DNA of 64,000 nt, taken from positions 1 to 64,000 of the IMG/VR virus record IMGVR_UViG_3300017909_003066; one strand, written 5' to 3'. The stretch is from a virus (lineage: Duplodnaviria > Caudoviricetes). The translations under genes were made by a program, and so were the position numbers. This document shows positions 37,491 through 47,454 of this stretch, in pieces. The notes beneath the pieces were generated by a model. That model saw nothing but the letters and a program-made list of their open reading frames with translations, made no database searches and was not told the origin of the DNA. Numbering within the stretch: the stretch's first letter is position 1; every line of letters starts with the position of its first letter.

Positions 37491-38235
37491 CTATAACTCT
37501 TTTAAAATCTTTTAAATGTAACATATTAGGTCCATCGCTTGGTGCATTATCAGGATCAGCATGAACTTCTAAGAAGAAGTTTTTGATTCCGAGTGCCGAT
37601 GCCGCTCGTGACAAGCCGGGAACGTAAGATCTGTTGCCACCAGATGATCCACCCAAACCACCAGGTTTCTGGACGCTGTGTGTAACATCAAAAACAATAT
37701 CGGCATCAATATTGTTAAGCATAAAATCAAGTCCTGTAAAGTCAGTAACCAAAGTATTGTATCCAAAACTAGTTCCCCTTTCTGTAATCCATACTTCTTT
37801 CGCACCTTCTGTTTTTGTTAGTATACCTTCGACATCCCAAGGTGCTAGGAATTGTCCTTTTTTAATATTGACAATTTTATTTGTTCTACATGCCGCCTTA
37901 ATTAAATCAGTTTGTCTACACAAGAAAGCAGGTATCTGTATAACATCTACAACTTTATCGTAGTAGGCCGCAATTTTAAGTACATCATTTTGTGAATGTA
38001 CATCGGTTAAAATTTTAAGACCTTTAATTTTTTCTTTCATTTTAGCAAAGTCATCTAGTGTAGACATTAGACCTCTGCCTCTTTTACCGGCAATAGATGT
38101 TCTGTTTGCCTTATCAAAACTTGCTTTGAAAATGTATTCAGCAAAATGTTTATCACAAACACGTTTGCATTCTCTAGCAATTTCTAAACTTTGTTCTAGT
38201 GATTCATGTTGACATGGTCCTGCAATTATTCTCAT
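37459..38235 (-). CDS. kdsA: KDO-8-phosphate synthase
   Basis: IIAGPCQHE, KASFDKANRTS, QIPAFLCRQTDL, KKGQFLAP, ERG-SFGY, A-SDGP. Confidence 0.95.
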   Translation of the reverse strand: MRIIAGPCQHESLEQSLEIARECKRVCDKHFAEYIFKASFDKANRTSIAGKRGRGLMSTLDDFAKMKEKIKGLKILTDVHSQNDVLKIAAYYDKVVDVIQIPAFLCRQTDLIKAACRTNKIVNIKKGQFLAPWDVEGILTKTEGAKEVWITERGTSFGYNTLVTDFTGLDFMLNNIDADIVFDVTHSVQKPGGLGGSSGGNRSYVPGLSRAASALGIKNFFLEVHADPDNAPSDGPNMLHLKDFKRVIDEIHRYSYTR

Positions 38236-38558
38236 GTATACCTCTTTCCGTCAAAAACACAAATAAAGTAACAGCCTTTGTCTCCAGCATGTACTCTATG
38301 GAAAACTCCGTCTTTAATTATTACTGTTGTGCCTGTTCTGACCTTTATTGTTTTATCATCAAGTTCCATTTTACCACCGCCTTTGACAAATACATAAACT
38401 TCTTCTTGTCCCTTATGTTTATGTCCAGTAGTGCTTTTGTTTGCTCTAAGATAAGTTGAACTTAAAATTAAATTTTTTAATTCTGTATTGTCACGAACAA
38501 CATATCGTTCATCTTCTTTTACAATCTTGCCGCCTATATCCCAGTTTGTGTATCGCAC
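38232..38558 (-). CDS. Cupin-domain protein
   Basis: GHKH--QEEVY and G-FHRV cupin motifs. Confidence 0.85.
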   Translation of the reverse strand: MRYTNWDIGGKIVKEDERYVVRDNTELKNLILSSTYLRANKSTTGHKHKGQEEVYVFVKGGGKMELDDKTIKVRTGTTVIIKDGVFHRVHAGDKGCYFICVFDGKRYT

Positions 38559-38564
38559 AACTTA

Positions 38565-39032
38565 TTATCCCTCATATATGGCACTGTTTGCACCATGCTC
38601 ATAGCACTCAACACTTTTTACTTTTACTGTAGGATTTAATGCAGTACCTTCTTTAATAGCAATATCAATTATTTCTTGCATTTTGTTGTATGCCATTTGT
38701 GCAAATCTTTCTGCACCTACTGCCTCAACAATACGTACATCTGCTAAACCTTTTGCGTTTAATTCTTCCAATGCACCTCTTTTGGGATCATCTTCTGCAA
38801 TTACTAGTGTATGGTCAAATGTTTTCTCTAACCAGTTTTTAAAATCTTTTAGTCCACCAAAGTCCATTACCCAGTTACGTTCATCTAAACTTTCGCATTC
38901 GAACGTTAGTTTAAATCCTAAACTGTAACCATGTATTAAAGAACAATGACTGTGTGTTGCTTTCCATTGTCTAAAGGAACATGATAGTCCTCTATCATTT
39001 CCATAATTTTTTGTGCTATAAAATTTTCCCAT
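38565..39032 (-). CDS. queD: 6-carboxytetrahydropterin synthase (QueD/PTPS)
   Basis: HCSLIHGY, WVMDFG, FDHT, E-FA, ECYE. Confidence 0.88.
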   Translation of the reverse strand: MGKFYSTKNYGNDRGLSCSFRQWKATHSHCSLIHGYSLGFKLTFECESLDERNWVMDFGGLKDFKNWLEKTFDHTLVIAEDDPKRGALEELNAKGLADVRIVEAVGAERFAQMAYNKMQEIIDIAIKEGTALNPTVKVKSVECYEHGANSAIYEG

Positions 39033-39089
39033 GTTCTACTCCAATTTTTAATATTATATATTCTTTTGTTTTGTATTGCAACATATTTT

Positions 39090-39425
39090 TTACCATTTTT
39101 CGTTGTAAATAAATTCACCAGTTGTAATATCCCAACCGTTAGTTTTATAAAATTCTTTTTCACCACGTGCATTAATTCTTTGTTTTACTTCTGAATGTGG
39201 ATGTGAATATGTCATTGGATCATGATCTGTGCCAATATACTTAAATGCTTTTGAACCATCAGAGTATCCACCTTGACCTTCTAACTTGCATGGTGGAACA
39301 TGGTCAAACTCATGTTCACATTCGCATTTGTGTTTTACACTATACTTACCGATATCTAAATTAGTACCATAGATATACTCACCATTAGTCATTTTCATAT
39401 ATATCATTTCATGCACTTGTGCCAT
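39090..39425 (-). CDS. Hypothetical protein
   Basis: 111-aa ORF, His/Cys-containing. Confidence 0.6.
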   Translation of the reverse strand: MAQVHEMIYMKMTNGEYIYGTNLDIGKYSVKHKCECEHEFDHVPPCKLEGQGGYSDGSKAFKYIGTDHDPMTYSHPHSEVKQRINARGEKEFYKTNGWDITTGEFIYNEKW

Positions 39426-39434
39426 ATAATCTCT

Positions 39435-39695
39435 CTATTCTATTACAAATTGTTTTAATCTTTCAACTTCTTTTTTCAAAGGATTCTCTAATCCTATTTG
39501 ATCGTCAACAATCGCTTTTAAAATTCTACAAGCACCTGCTAACTGTAATTCTAATTCAGGATTTTCTATATCTACTTTATTACTATTTAGAATTTGAACA
39601 ATACTTGAAATCATTTCTGTAGTAATATTAGCACTGATTTGCTTTAGTGCCTCTGTGTTATTTGCACCCGGAAACATTACAATTTTATTGGGCAT
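39435..39695 (-). CDS. Hypothetical protein
   Basis: 86-aa ORF. Confidence 0.6.
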   Translation of the reverse strand: MPNKIVMFPGANNTEALKQISANITTEMISSIVQILNSNKVDIENPELELQLAGACRILKAIVDDQIGLENPLKKEVERLKQFVIE

Positions 39696-39876
39696 TTTCT
39701 AACTCTTTGAGTTCTTTAATAATTTCTAAAAATTTTTCAAAATGGTCATAATCATTTTTTCCTTCGATAACTGTTTGCTGTTCGTTAGTTTGTTGTTCTA
39801 GTTTGTTAACTTTGTAGAACAAAAACAACATAGAAATAGTGATTATTATCAGTAATACTGTCTTAAATTTTTCCAT
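39685..39876 (-). CDS. Small single-TM protein
   Basis: Start moved to MEKFK, which follows TTGACA-N16-TAAAAT (39909-39882). Confidence 0.55.
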   Translation of the reverse strand: MEKFKTVLLIIITISMLFLFYKVNKLEQQTNEQQTVIEGKNDYDHFEKFLEIIKELKELENAQ

Positions 39877-39911
39877 AATGTATTTTAACATATCTAGATG
39901 ATATGTCAACC

Positions 39912-40532
39912 TTATTGATTGTCTTTTATAAGATTTTGGAGATTTTCGTAGTTGTCTATAAAGAAGTTATCATATTGGTCCCACTCTTCTGGTGGATTCC
40001 AATCATCTGGTTGTATTTGCAAAAATTTTATATTTGAATATTTCTCAAATAATTTAGCAGTTTGGTATATCCAATAACTTGGATCGGTAGGCGGTTTGCT
40101 TTCGTGATTGTAATTTTCAGTGCTTTTGTATATGTTGTTAAACAAGTTGTTACTGTTAGCATAAAGATCAAACCCAAGCATTACAATAAATTTTGGATCA
40201 AAAGTACAAGCCAAATTGAGTGCATGTCCACCACTACCCCAGTGCCAAGGATCATCTTGTCTTTTAGTATCCTTATAAGGAAGTTCTGGTAAACATCTTA
40301 CATTACGCCAAAAACTATATTCTTTATACCAATTGCTTCTAGTATAAACAGGATTTTCATAAGCATTATTAACTGCTTCTTGTACCATTCGTCTATCACA
40401 GCAAACTAAATGATCAGGATGAAAATCTCTATGAACAGCATTTGTACCAATAGATGTTCCTAATGATTCTAACTGATAAAGGTCAAAACCTTTTCTGCTT
40501 TCACCATTACCTATGACAATCACGTATTCCAT
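39912..40532 (-). CDS. Putative glycosyltransferase (sialyl/KDO-transferase-like Rossmann fold)
   Basis: VIVIGNGESR, IGTNA, SGGHAL-LA, MLGFDL; lies upstream of kdsA/kdsB. Confidence 0.55.
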   Translation of the reverse strand: MEYVIVIGNGESRKGFDLYQLESLGTSIGTNAVHRDFHPDHLVCCDRRMVQEAVNNAYENPVYTRSNWYKEYSFWRNVRCLPELPYKDTKRQDDPWHWGSGGHALNLACTFDPKFIVMLGFDLYANSNNLFNNIYKSTENYNHESKPPTDPSYWIYQTAKLFEKYSNIKFLQIQPDDWNPPEEWDQYDNFFIDNYENLQNLIKDNQ

Positions 40533-40540
40533 ACGTGTAT

Positions 40541-40876
40541 TTAACGATTACGGATTTCCTTAACTAATTCTTTAATTTGCTTAATATCGTGTAACACTTC
40601 TTGTATACCGTTTTCTGCTTTATTAGTTCTTTCAGATATTTCGCCAATAACATTTACAGTCCAAAACCACCATAAAACTGCTGTAATTATTAGTACTCCA
40701 AAGCCAACCCATAACAAGTTTTCAAGTTCAGCCATACCAGCATAGTATACAACAGCACCAATAAGTAGGTAAAGAATAGGCATGACTTTGGCATACAAAT
40801 CCCACCACTTAACTTGGCGTCTAATTTTATCAGGTATTTCTTTATTTAGAAATATAACATTTTTTATTGGTTTCAT
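40541..40876 (-). CDS. Two-TM membrane protein with C-terminal coiled coil
   Basis: Hydrophobicity pattern; TAAATA 5 nt before ATG. Confidence 0.65.
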   Translation of the reverse strand: MKPIKNVIFLNKEIPDKIRRQVKWWDLYAKVMPILYLLIGAVVYYAGMAELENLLWVGFGVLIITAVLWWFWTVNVIGEISERTNKAENGIQEVLHDIKQIKELVKEIRNR

Positions 40877-40917
40877 ATTAATATTTATTGTAAAAAAATA
40901 TACGTTAAGATAGTAGT

Positions 40918-42021
40918 TTAATTAGAAGGACCTATAAATCCCCATGCAGACCAATTTCCGGGTGTACCACTTGCTGTGCATACCCAACCAATAGGTGCAG
41001 TATTTTTTGGATTCTCATTCCAGACTATATCACCCTTATTCCAATGTCCTTGTGTAGGTATTTTGTCTGCTACCATAAACAATCTATTTTGAAATTTAAT
41101 ATTACCTGCAACTTCTAAATCCTCTGTAGGATTTTTAACACCAACACCTAGTTTACCATATACTCTGTGTGTGTTAGATGTGTTACCTTCTTGTCCTATT
41201 GTAACATCACCTTTAAAACTTATTTTTATTCTAGATTGATCGTCTGTTACAATCCTTAAATTTTTATTATTGTAAGTGCCAAGTTTTGCATCACCATCTT
41301 CAGCATCAATAATAAAATTAGTATCATTTGCAAAGTTAACTATTGCTAAATCACCTGCAGGTTTATCTGTACCTAGTCCTAGTCTATCTAAGTTAGGATC
41401 ATAAAATAGGTGTTCAGCAACTGTTAAACGACCTGCAACATTTAGATTACGTAAAGTGCCTACTTGTTGCAAACTGCTCTTTGTAACTGTTCCGCCAAGT
41501 GTATCAAAAGACAAAACATCATTGCTGTCTATCATATATGTTTTATCTTTGTGTACATCAATAGGTTCTGTTGACCAGAATCTATCAGGATTATTTTTGT
41601 ATATAAACTGCTTACTGTATTTGCCACCGCTCCATAAAAAGCCTGTGCCTACGTTAGATTTACGTTTGTTCTTATGTGTGAATTCTATAAATTGACGCTC
41701 AGTTTTCTCGTCAGCAATTAGTTCTTTTGTTACTAAACTATCTACTTCTAAAGTACCTTTGATAAAAACATTGCCACTAATATCAGTGTTTCCTTGTATT
41801 TGCAAGTCTCCTAAAAGTGCATTTGTTTTAATCTTATCTATTATAACACACTCATCTAAAACAGTTAATACAGTGGCAGATGCTTTATCTAGTATACCTG
41901 TAGAACTAAATTCTTGCAGTGGGCCACCTTTAATCCATTCACCGTTGAACTCCCCTGCCTTGACATCTAATTGTTCAACTCTAATACCTTCTGGTTCATT
42001 ATTAAAAGTGGCTACTGGCAT
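40918..42021 (-). CDS. Probable tail-fibre/spike-like virion protein
   Basis: SSLQQVGTL, RLGLGTDKP, LEVAGNIKF fibre repeats; 'G-WNKGDIVWN...GWVCTASGTPG-W' C-terminus; start moved to MPVATF. Confidence 0.7.
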   Translation of the reverse strand: MPVATFNNEPEGIRVEQLDVKAGEFNGEWIKGGPLQEFSSTGILDKASATVLTVLDECVIIDKIKTNALLGDLQIQGNTDISGNVFIKGTLEVDSLVTKELIADEKTERQFIEFTHKNKRKSNVGTGFLWSGGKYSKQFIYKNNPDRFWSTEPIDVHKDKTYMIDSNDVLSFDTLGGTVTKSSLQQVGTLRNLNVAGRLTVAEHLFYDPNLDRLGLGTDKPAGDLAIVNFANDTNFIIDAEDGDAKLGTYNNKNLRIVTDDQSRIKISFKGDVTIGQEGNTSNTHRVYGKLGVGVKNPTEDLEVAGNIKFQNRLFMVADKIPTQGHWNKGDIVWNENPKNTAPIGWVCTASGTPGNWSAWGFIGPSN

Positions 42022-42215
42022 TAAACTAATTCCTCTATTACACCCAAGGTTTCTGCTATTAAGAAAGCAACGCCAGCCAGCATAAACCAACTGCCCCATG
42101 CTTCTAAATAATATCCACCATAAATTAACGCACCAGCACCAACCATTCTTACAGCACTTTTAACCATGCTAACAATAAAATGTCCTTTACTAGTGTCTTT
42201 TGGTTGTATATTCAT
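42021..42215 (-). CDS. Small two-TM membrane protein
   Basis: 64-aa hydrophobic ORF. Confidence 0.6.
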   Translation of the reverse strand: MNIQPKDTSKGHFIVSMVKSAVRMVGAGALIYGGYYLEAWGSWFMLAGVAFLIAETLGVIEELV

Positions 42216-42217
42216 AT

Positions 42218-42403
42218 TTACTCCATTTTTATCAGTGGCTCAGATGAACTATGATCTGTGTAGTCACCGCTAGACGTATAATTACGTACAATTTTATCCA
42301 AAACAAGACTGCCATTTTTTACTCTGTAAGTCCACAATTCTTGTTTTACAATACCTTCGTCGTCATCATTGTTTAACGAAGATTCTAAAGGTCCGGGTTT
42401 CAT
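42218..42403 (-). CDS. Hypothetical protein
   Basis: 61-aa ORF coupled to the clpP stop. Confidence 0.55.
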   Translation of the reverse strand: MKPGPLESSLNNDDDEGIVKQELWTYRVKNGSLVLDKIVRNYTSSGDYTDHSSSEPLIKME

Positions 42404-42996
42404 TAATCTCTCCTTTCATAGATAGTATCAATTAATCCGTATTCCAATGCTTCCTCTGCCGACATAAATTTATCTCTTTCCATATCACGTTCTAAATCTT
42501 CATAAGTTTTACCTTTAGAATTATGTTTTACATAAATCTCTGTAAGTTCTTTTTTGAGTTTAATAATTTCTTCTGCGTGAATGGCAATGTCAGTTGCTTG
42601 TCCTGATGCACCACCACTTGGTTGATGAATCATATGTCTAGCATGAGGTAACATGGCTCTATGTCCAGGTTCACCTGCTTGTGCAAGTAATGAACCCATT
42701 GAACATGCTTGTCCCATTACATAAGTATGAACAGGTGATTTAATGTATTGCATTGTGTCATATATCGCAAGACCTGAACTTACAACACCACCTGGTGAAT
42801 TTATATAAAAGTGAATTGGTTTATCTCTGTTAGTTGATTCTAACAGAATAAGTTGTGCAGAAACAGTATGTGCAACTGCATCGTGTACAGCACCGTTTAG
42901 AAAAACGATACGTTCTTTGAGTAGTCTACTAAAAATATCATAGGCTCTTTCACCGTCTTGTGTTTTTTCGACTACCATTGGTATTAGATTACTCAT
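42403..42996 (-). CDS. clpP: ATP-dependent Clp protease proteolytic subunit
   Basis: [31 protein letters not shown] (Ser), MIHQPSGG (His), RDKFM (Asp). Confidence 0.97.
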   Translation of the reverse strand: MSNLIPMVVEKTQDGERAYDIFSRLLKERIVFLNGAVHDAVAHTVSAQLILLESTNRDKPIHFYINSPGGVVSSGLAIYDTMQYIKSPVHTYVMGQACSMGSLLAQAGEPGHRAMLPHARHMIHQPSGGASGQATDIAIHAEEIIKLKKELTEIYVKHNSKGKTYEDLERDMERDKFMSAEEALEYGLIDTIYERRD

Positions 42997-44256
42997 TTAA
43001 TATACTCCTATCAGTATTGTTTCGGGGTTAATTCTGCCATTCATTTTGATTGGCGTCGTTGTTATTTTTTCAATCCAGTTTTCAAACTTTCTACGTGTGT
43101 TTAAAGTTTTTACTTCCTGTAATTGTTCTATTGGTTTACGTAAAGTCCAACATACACTTTTGTTTTCATCAAAACGTTGTAATGTTTGTCCTTTAAGTGT
43201 CAATCCACTGCCTTCTCTCATTGTGCCTGTTGGGTCTTCCGAAGAAGTATAGTAGATTCCTAACTTTCTATTTTTACTATTGAATACAACCATGCAAGTA
43301 GCACCAACAAGTTTATGTGGTTGTATACTTGATATTGCATATTTTTCATCTGTAAGTTTATATTTTAATTTTTCAACTATTTTTTCAGGCGACTTAGAAC
43401 TTACCCTACGTGGTTTCCTATTCGCCTTAGATTCAGCAATTATGGCATCACAAGCATTTTGTATTGTGTGCATAAACAATAAAAGTTTTTTAATTTGTTT
43501 TTTATCTGCAAAAGAATATGCTTCTTGTAGTTGTTTTGCATAGTCTTTTTCCTGCTCCGTCATGTTAGAAGTATCAGGCGGATTTAAAAATTCTTCATAC
43601 TCAGCAATATTATCATCATACCAAGTTTTTATTAGTCTAGCATGTGGTTGTTTCGCTTGTCTTTGTCTTAATACAGATAAGGGTTTGATATGTTTAAAGT
43701 CTGTAATTTTGCCTTCGTAATAGTCATCAATTGATTGTTCTATTTCTTCAGTCATTAAAACACACTGTTCTCTAATGCGTTCTTGTATGCTAGGACGATA
43801 AAATACCTTCTTTTCTTTTTCTTCTTTTTTCTTTACTTCTTCAACTACTTTATGTCCATGATCGTTAAGTTCGTTAATCCATTTTTCAATGTATTCACTA
43901 ACTGGTCTTGGCGTGCCTGTAGTGCCAGGTAATGAATGCCAATACTCAACATACTTTTGATGTACATCTGGCATACCGCTTTTTAATCCCATTATACTTG
44001 CGGCACATGTACTACTAAATCTCCAATCAGGACATTTTGCTATGTTTCCATACATACTTTTGAACTGATCTGTTTCTTTAACATAATCACATATAATTTT
44101 TTTATAGTCCGAACTTTTCTTATTCATGCGATAATATTCATATAACGCATCTTTGGCTCTGCTAAAATGTTGTCCGTCCCAAGTGTGTGCATCAGTAAAG
44201 TCTGGTGCTTTCTCTTTTTTTGGAACTGCTCGTACTATCCGTTTACGTTTTGCCAT
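42997..44256 (-). CDS. Hypothetical phage protein
   Basis: 419-aa ORF with GGAG SD. Confidence 0.75.
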   Translation of the reverse strand: MAKRKRIVRAVPKKEKAPDFTDAHTWDGQHFSRAKDALYEYYRMNKKSSDYKKIICDYVKETDQFKSMYGNIAKCPDWRFSSTCAASIMGLKSGMPDVHQKYVEYWHSLPGTTGTPRPVSEYIEKWINELNDHGHKVVEEVKKKEEKEKKVFYRPSIQERIREQCVLMTEEIEQSIDDYYEGKITDFKHIKPLSVLRQRQAKQPHARLIKTWYDDNIAEYEEFLNPPDTSNMTEQEKDYAKQLQEAYSFADKKQIKKLLLFMHTIQNACDAIIAESKANRKPRRVSSKSPEKIVEKLKYKLTDEKYAISSIQPHKLVGATCMVVFNSKNRKLGIYYTSSEDPTGTMREGSGLTLKGQTLQRFDENKSVCWTLRKPIEQLQEVKTLNTRRKFENWIEKITTTPIKMNGRINPETILIGVY

Positions 44257-44329
44257 TAATCACTCCGATAAAGTATTTTTAAATTATAATTAGTCTTTCA
44301 ATAAAAAGCAAGAGAATTATTCTTGAAAT

Positions 44330-44797
44330 CTATTCAAAAGTGCGAACGTCAAACGATAACAATGTTTTAGGATATACACAAGGATCTGCCCAGTGTTCTA
44401 TATTACTATCAAAAAGCAATAAGTCACCGGTATGCATTGAAAATTCTTCTCCTGTGTCAAAATGTAACTTACCTTCTCCCATTCCAAACATTACTAATAC
44501 TCCACTAATGTTTGAATATTCGTGTATGTGCTTATTTTGCCAACCACCTTTGTTATAACTTATTATCCAACTTCTGCTAAATTTCCACTTTTCTTTTATA
44601 TTTTTATCAATTATAGATGATATCTCTTTATTAAGTGGTTCGAAGCCTGGCCATTCTATTGGTTTTTCTAACTTTGGTTGATATCCATTTACAGTTTTAC
44701 TGTCAGCAAGTTTGCCTATTCGGTTATGCTTAAAAAACTCAGTCATACCTAATAGACCCATAAACAGAAAAGGATCAATTTGAAATTTACGAATCAT
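44330..44797 (-). CDS. 2OG-Fe(II) oxygenase-like protein
   Basis: SW--Y-KG--Q-KH-H, GDLLLF-S--EH; start moved clear of tRNA-Gly. Confidence 0.7.
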   Translation of the reverse strand: MIRKFQIDPFLFMGLLGMTEFFKHNRIGKLADSKTVNGYQPKLEKPIEWPGFEPLNKEISSIIDKNIKEKWKFSRSWIISYNKGGWQNKHIHEYSNISGVLVMFGMGEGKLHFDTGEEFSMHTGDLLLFDSNIEHWADPCVYPKTLLSFDVRTFE

Positions 44798-44813
44798 ATT
44801 CTTACTTATGTTA

Positions 44814-44888
44814 TGGAGCGGCATATCGGAATCGAACCGATATCTTCAGGTTGGAAGCCTAACATAATAGCCTTTATACTAATGCCGC
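44814..44888 (-). tRNA. tRNA-Gly(TCC)
   Basis: Cloverleaf, anticodon loop CTTCCAA, GGTTCGATTCC, encoded CCA. Confidence 0.93.
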
Positions 44889-44890
44889 AA

Positions 44891-45130
44891 TTAAACTTCG
44901 AAATAAAATTTATTGCCCCATTGCTTACGAATCTTATTTAAATTATATTCGCTTAGGCCAATTACTTTTTGTAGATTGTTGTAGTCAACACGCATTTCGT
45001 ATTTTACCCAAGTCCAAAACTGTGCTTCGTCTTTATCTGTAGTTCCTAATCTGCGACTAATTTTATATCTTTTAGTTACATTTAAAGGAATTTCTAATCC
45101 GCCATTGTTTGTTTGAATACGTGCTTTCAT
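44891..45130 (-). CDS. Hypothetical protein
   Basis: Start moved to MKARIQ, 5 nt after TAAATA. Confidence 0.55.
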   Translation of the reverse strand: MKARIQTNNGGLEIPLNVTKRYKISRRLGTTDKDEAQFWTWVKYEMRVDYNNLQKVIGLSEYNLNKIRKQWGNKFYFEV

Positions 45131-45141
45131 AATGTTATTTA

Positions 45142-45504
45142 TTAGGTTTCGTTTCTGCTTACGTACGGCTTCAATGAACGACCCATAACAAATATACATG
45201 CAACATCATCGCCGTTAGTAGGTGTTACTACAATAGAAAATGAACCTGATTTAGGATTGTAATAAAAATGCATTGGTCCTTCAAGCATTTGTCCATTAGG
45301 AATACGCCATGCAACTATACCTTCCATAAAAGGTATTTCTTCATAGCGATCAGTAATTTCTGCAATAGAGTCTTTCTTACCACAATCAACTAAGATAGGT
45401 AGATTTACTATTGGTGTCTCGACTTCGTGTTCTTGAGCAAGTGATTTTATTGGAATAAAACAGGCCCAGAAAACTAGTCCTAGTATAAGGGCCAATTTTG
45501 TCAT
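45142..45504 (-). CDS. Secreted hypothetical protein
   Basis: Start moved to MTKLAL (5 nt after TAAATA); signal peptide; two Cys. Confidence 0.65.
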   Translation of the reverse strand: MTKLALILGLVFWACFIPIKSLAQEHEVETPIVNLPILVDCGKKDSIAEITDRYEEIPFMEGIVAWRIPNGQMLEGPMHFYYNPKSGSFSIVVTPTNGDDVACIFVMGRSLKPYVSRNET

Positions 45505-45523
45505 ATTAATATTTATACCTAGA

Positions 45524-45760
45524 TTACTTGGTAATATTTTTTTCGTTAACAGATTTTTTGTAAACACTGAACGCCTCCGTATCTGAAACTTTACGAAGTA
45601 TTCCGTATTCATTTACTCGAAAAATATCTCCGGGTTTGTACAGAAAACTGTCTTTTTTGGTACCATCCTTGCTAATACCCATAACTTCACCAGGCCAATC
45701 TCCTTTGACAGAAAAACTGCCATCAGGAAAACTTTCGATTGTATAATCTATCCATAACAT
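45524..45760 (-). CDS. Hypothetical protein
   Basis: 78-aa ORF. Confidence 0.6.
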   Translation of the reverse strand: MLWIDYTIESFPDGSFSVKGDWPGEVMGISKDGTKKDSFLYKPGDIFRVNEYGILRKVSDTEAFSVYKKSVNEKNITK

Positions 45761-45772
45761 TCATAGTACCCC

Positions 45773-45946
45773 TTATAATCCTATCAAACGCCAACCGTGA
45801 TTTGCTATTGCGTTTAAGATAATAGCAATGCAAGTAAGAATGTGCAACACCACCCACCCAGAACGAATAATTGCCACTCTGTCAGAACGATTGTTATCTT
45901 CTTCATAGGCTTTGGCTCCGATTGCTTTGCACCAAATTTCCCACAC
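45773..45946 (-). CDS. 57-aa membrane protein (MWEIWCKAIGAKA...)
   Basis: Hand-translated; GTG start just after the upstream stop. Confidence 0.6.
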   Translation of the reverse strand: MWEIWCKAIGAKAYEEDNNRSDRVAIIRSGWVVLHILTCIAIILNAIANHGWRLIGL

Positions 45947-45948
45947 AA

Positions 45949-46113
45949 TTATACCGTTTCATTTTTTACTTCATTAACCATACCGTATACTTCGATAAGG
46001 TTTTTAATTTGCTCTGCAAGATGTGGCCACTTATATGTAAGTGTTTCCGCAAAGTCATTACGTTGCTGAACATTCATTCTAGCAAATGTTTCTACTAGTT
46101 CGTTAATATCCAT
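45949..46113 (-). CDS. 54-aa hypothetical protein
   Basis: Hand-translated; GAGGAG SD. Confidence 0.6.
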   Translation of the reverse strand: MDINELVETFARMNVQQRNDFAETLTYKWPHLAEQIKNLIEVYGMVNEVKNETV

Positions 46114-46125
46114 TTTATTTCTCCT

Positions 46126-46239
46126 CTAAGAAACTTTTACTGCAATATAAATGCATAAGAAAAGAATTACTAACTTACCCCAATCTAAATCGAAGTCAGT
46201 ACCTTCTCCAAACTTTCTTTTGAATTCACTTATCTTCAT
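46126..46239 (-). CDS. 37-aa single-TM protein
   Basis: Hand-translated; AAGGAG SD; downstream of a TTGACA-N17-TATAGT promoter near 46266-46294. Confidence 0.6.
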   Translation of the reverse strand: MKISEFKRKFGEGTDFDLDWGKLVILFLCIYIAVKVS

Positions 46240-46296
46240 TTGATTCTCCTTACTATAAAATTATACTATACACGGGTAATTGATATTTGTCAACCA

Positions 46297-46566
46297 CTAA
46301 ATGCTTGAGGAATCTTTATTATACCCTAAAGTAAAAATTTGTTTCACAGTTTTTTCTTCAACACAACTAATCATACTTGGTCGATCTTTAGTGCCAAACT
46401 CCTGTATAATTTTACGTGAAATACTTGTCATGTTCTGTTTTGCAAATTGTTTGCACTCTGCCTGTGTATTAAAAGTATTATCAAACACAAAAAAGTCTCG
46501 TCCGCCATCTGCATGTATTAAAGTCATAATAGCAACTATAAAAAATTTCATTAGTTTGCCTTCCAC
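46297..46566 (-). CDS. Hypothetical protein with N-terminal hydrophobic segment
   Basis: 89-aa ORF, two Cys. Confidence 0.55.
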   Translation of the reverse strand: MEGKLMKFFIVAIMTLIHADGGRDFFVFDNTFNTQAECKQFAKQNMTSISRKIIQEFGTKDRPSMISCVEEKTVKQIFTLGYNKDSSSI

Positions 46567-46808
46567 CTATAAACCTCTTCAGTACAGAAGTTTCTTAAGA
46601 ACATACAGGTATTTTCTTTTTTACATACTCTTTCGTGTTTACTGTTTTCCCAACAATCACTAGAAAACCCTCTCATCGCTACATACTTCGACCAACCACT
46701 ATCAATTGAAAGTATTGCTATAGAGGGCAAAACAAAAAATATAAAAATTATCCATAAAAACGCAGGTGCAAAACCTTTGTTATGATATGGCTCGTTAAAA
46801 TCACTCAT
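46551..46808 (-). CDS. Single-TM Cys-containing protein
   Basis: 85-aa ORF. Confidence 0.55.
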   Translation of the reverse strand: MSDFNEPYHNKGFAPAFLWIIFIFFVLPSIAILSIDSGWSKYVAMRGFSSDCWENSKHERVCKKENTCMFLRNFCTEEVYRWKAN

Positions 46809-47184
46809 TAAATTTATCTCCTTTCATAAAACCGCCTGCCCTAATTTCTTGTATATATCCTTCTAATTCTTTTGCATCTGGATGATCTGCATAGACGCCA
46901 CCTAATTCAAAATCACGTTCGTCAAGTATAGGACCTCTACTGTCAATATCACGTAAAAACATAGTGTATTGATCAAGTAGAGAATCCTTAACAAAATCTT
47001 CTAGTTTAAACTCAGGTTTGACTTCTTCAATTTCAATATCAAATGCATCAACTGCCGGCATATGAACATCACACCACATCATAGGTACTCCGTCATCGCC
47101 GTAGTAACATTCAACTATTTCGTACCAATAAGTATCAGGACTTTCTTTTTGATACCTACGCATAATTCTGAAATTCCAAGTCAT
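46801..47184 (-). CDS. Acidic hypothetical protein
   Basis: 127-aa ORF. Confidence 0.6.
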   Translation of the reverse strand: MTWNFRIMRRYQKESPDTYWYEIVECYYGDDGVPMMWCDVHMPAVDAFDIEIEEVKPEFKLEDFVKDSLLDQYTMFLRDIDSRGPILDERDFELGGVYADHPDAKELEGYIQEIRAGGFMKGDKFNE

Positions 47185-47193
47185 AATTTTTCC

Positions 47194-47433
47194 CTAATTA
47201 ATAACTATAAAAGGCTCTAATGGCTTTTCATCTTGATCAGGATGCCAGTGAGTAACATCGCCAGTTAACCATCCATAATCACAATAAAAGATACTCATAC
47301 CAGGCCACTCATTGCCTTCATCATCAACATATAAGCCTCCATAAAAGCCCCTATGGATACCTACCACATCAAAGTAATACCAACACGGTTCTCCTACAGT
47401 AGGAAGTTTTTCATTTACATTAATCCAACTCAT
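47194..47433 (-). CDS. DUF551-like phage protein
   Basis: MSWINVNEKLP...VTHW pattern. Confidence 0.65.
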   Translation of the reverse strand: MSWINVNEKLPTVGEPCWYYFDVVGIHRGFYGGLYVDDEGNEWPGMSIFYCDYGWLTGDVTHWHPDQDEKPLEPFIVIN

Positions 47434-47454
47434 TTATTTTTCCTTTCAAAAGAT

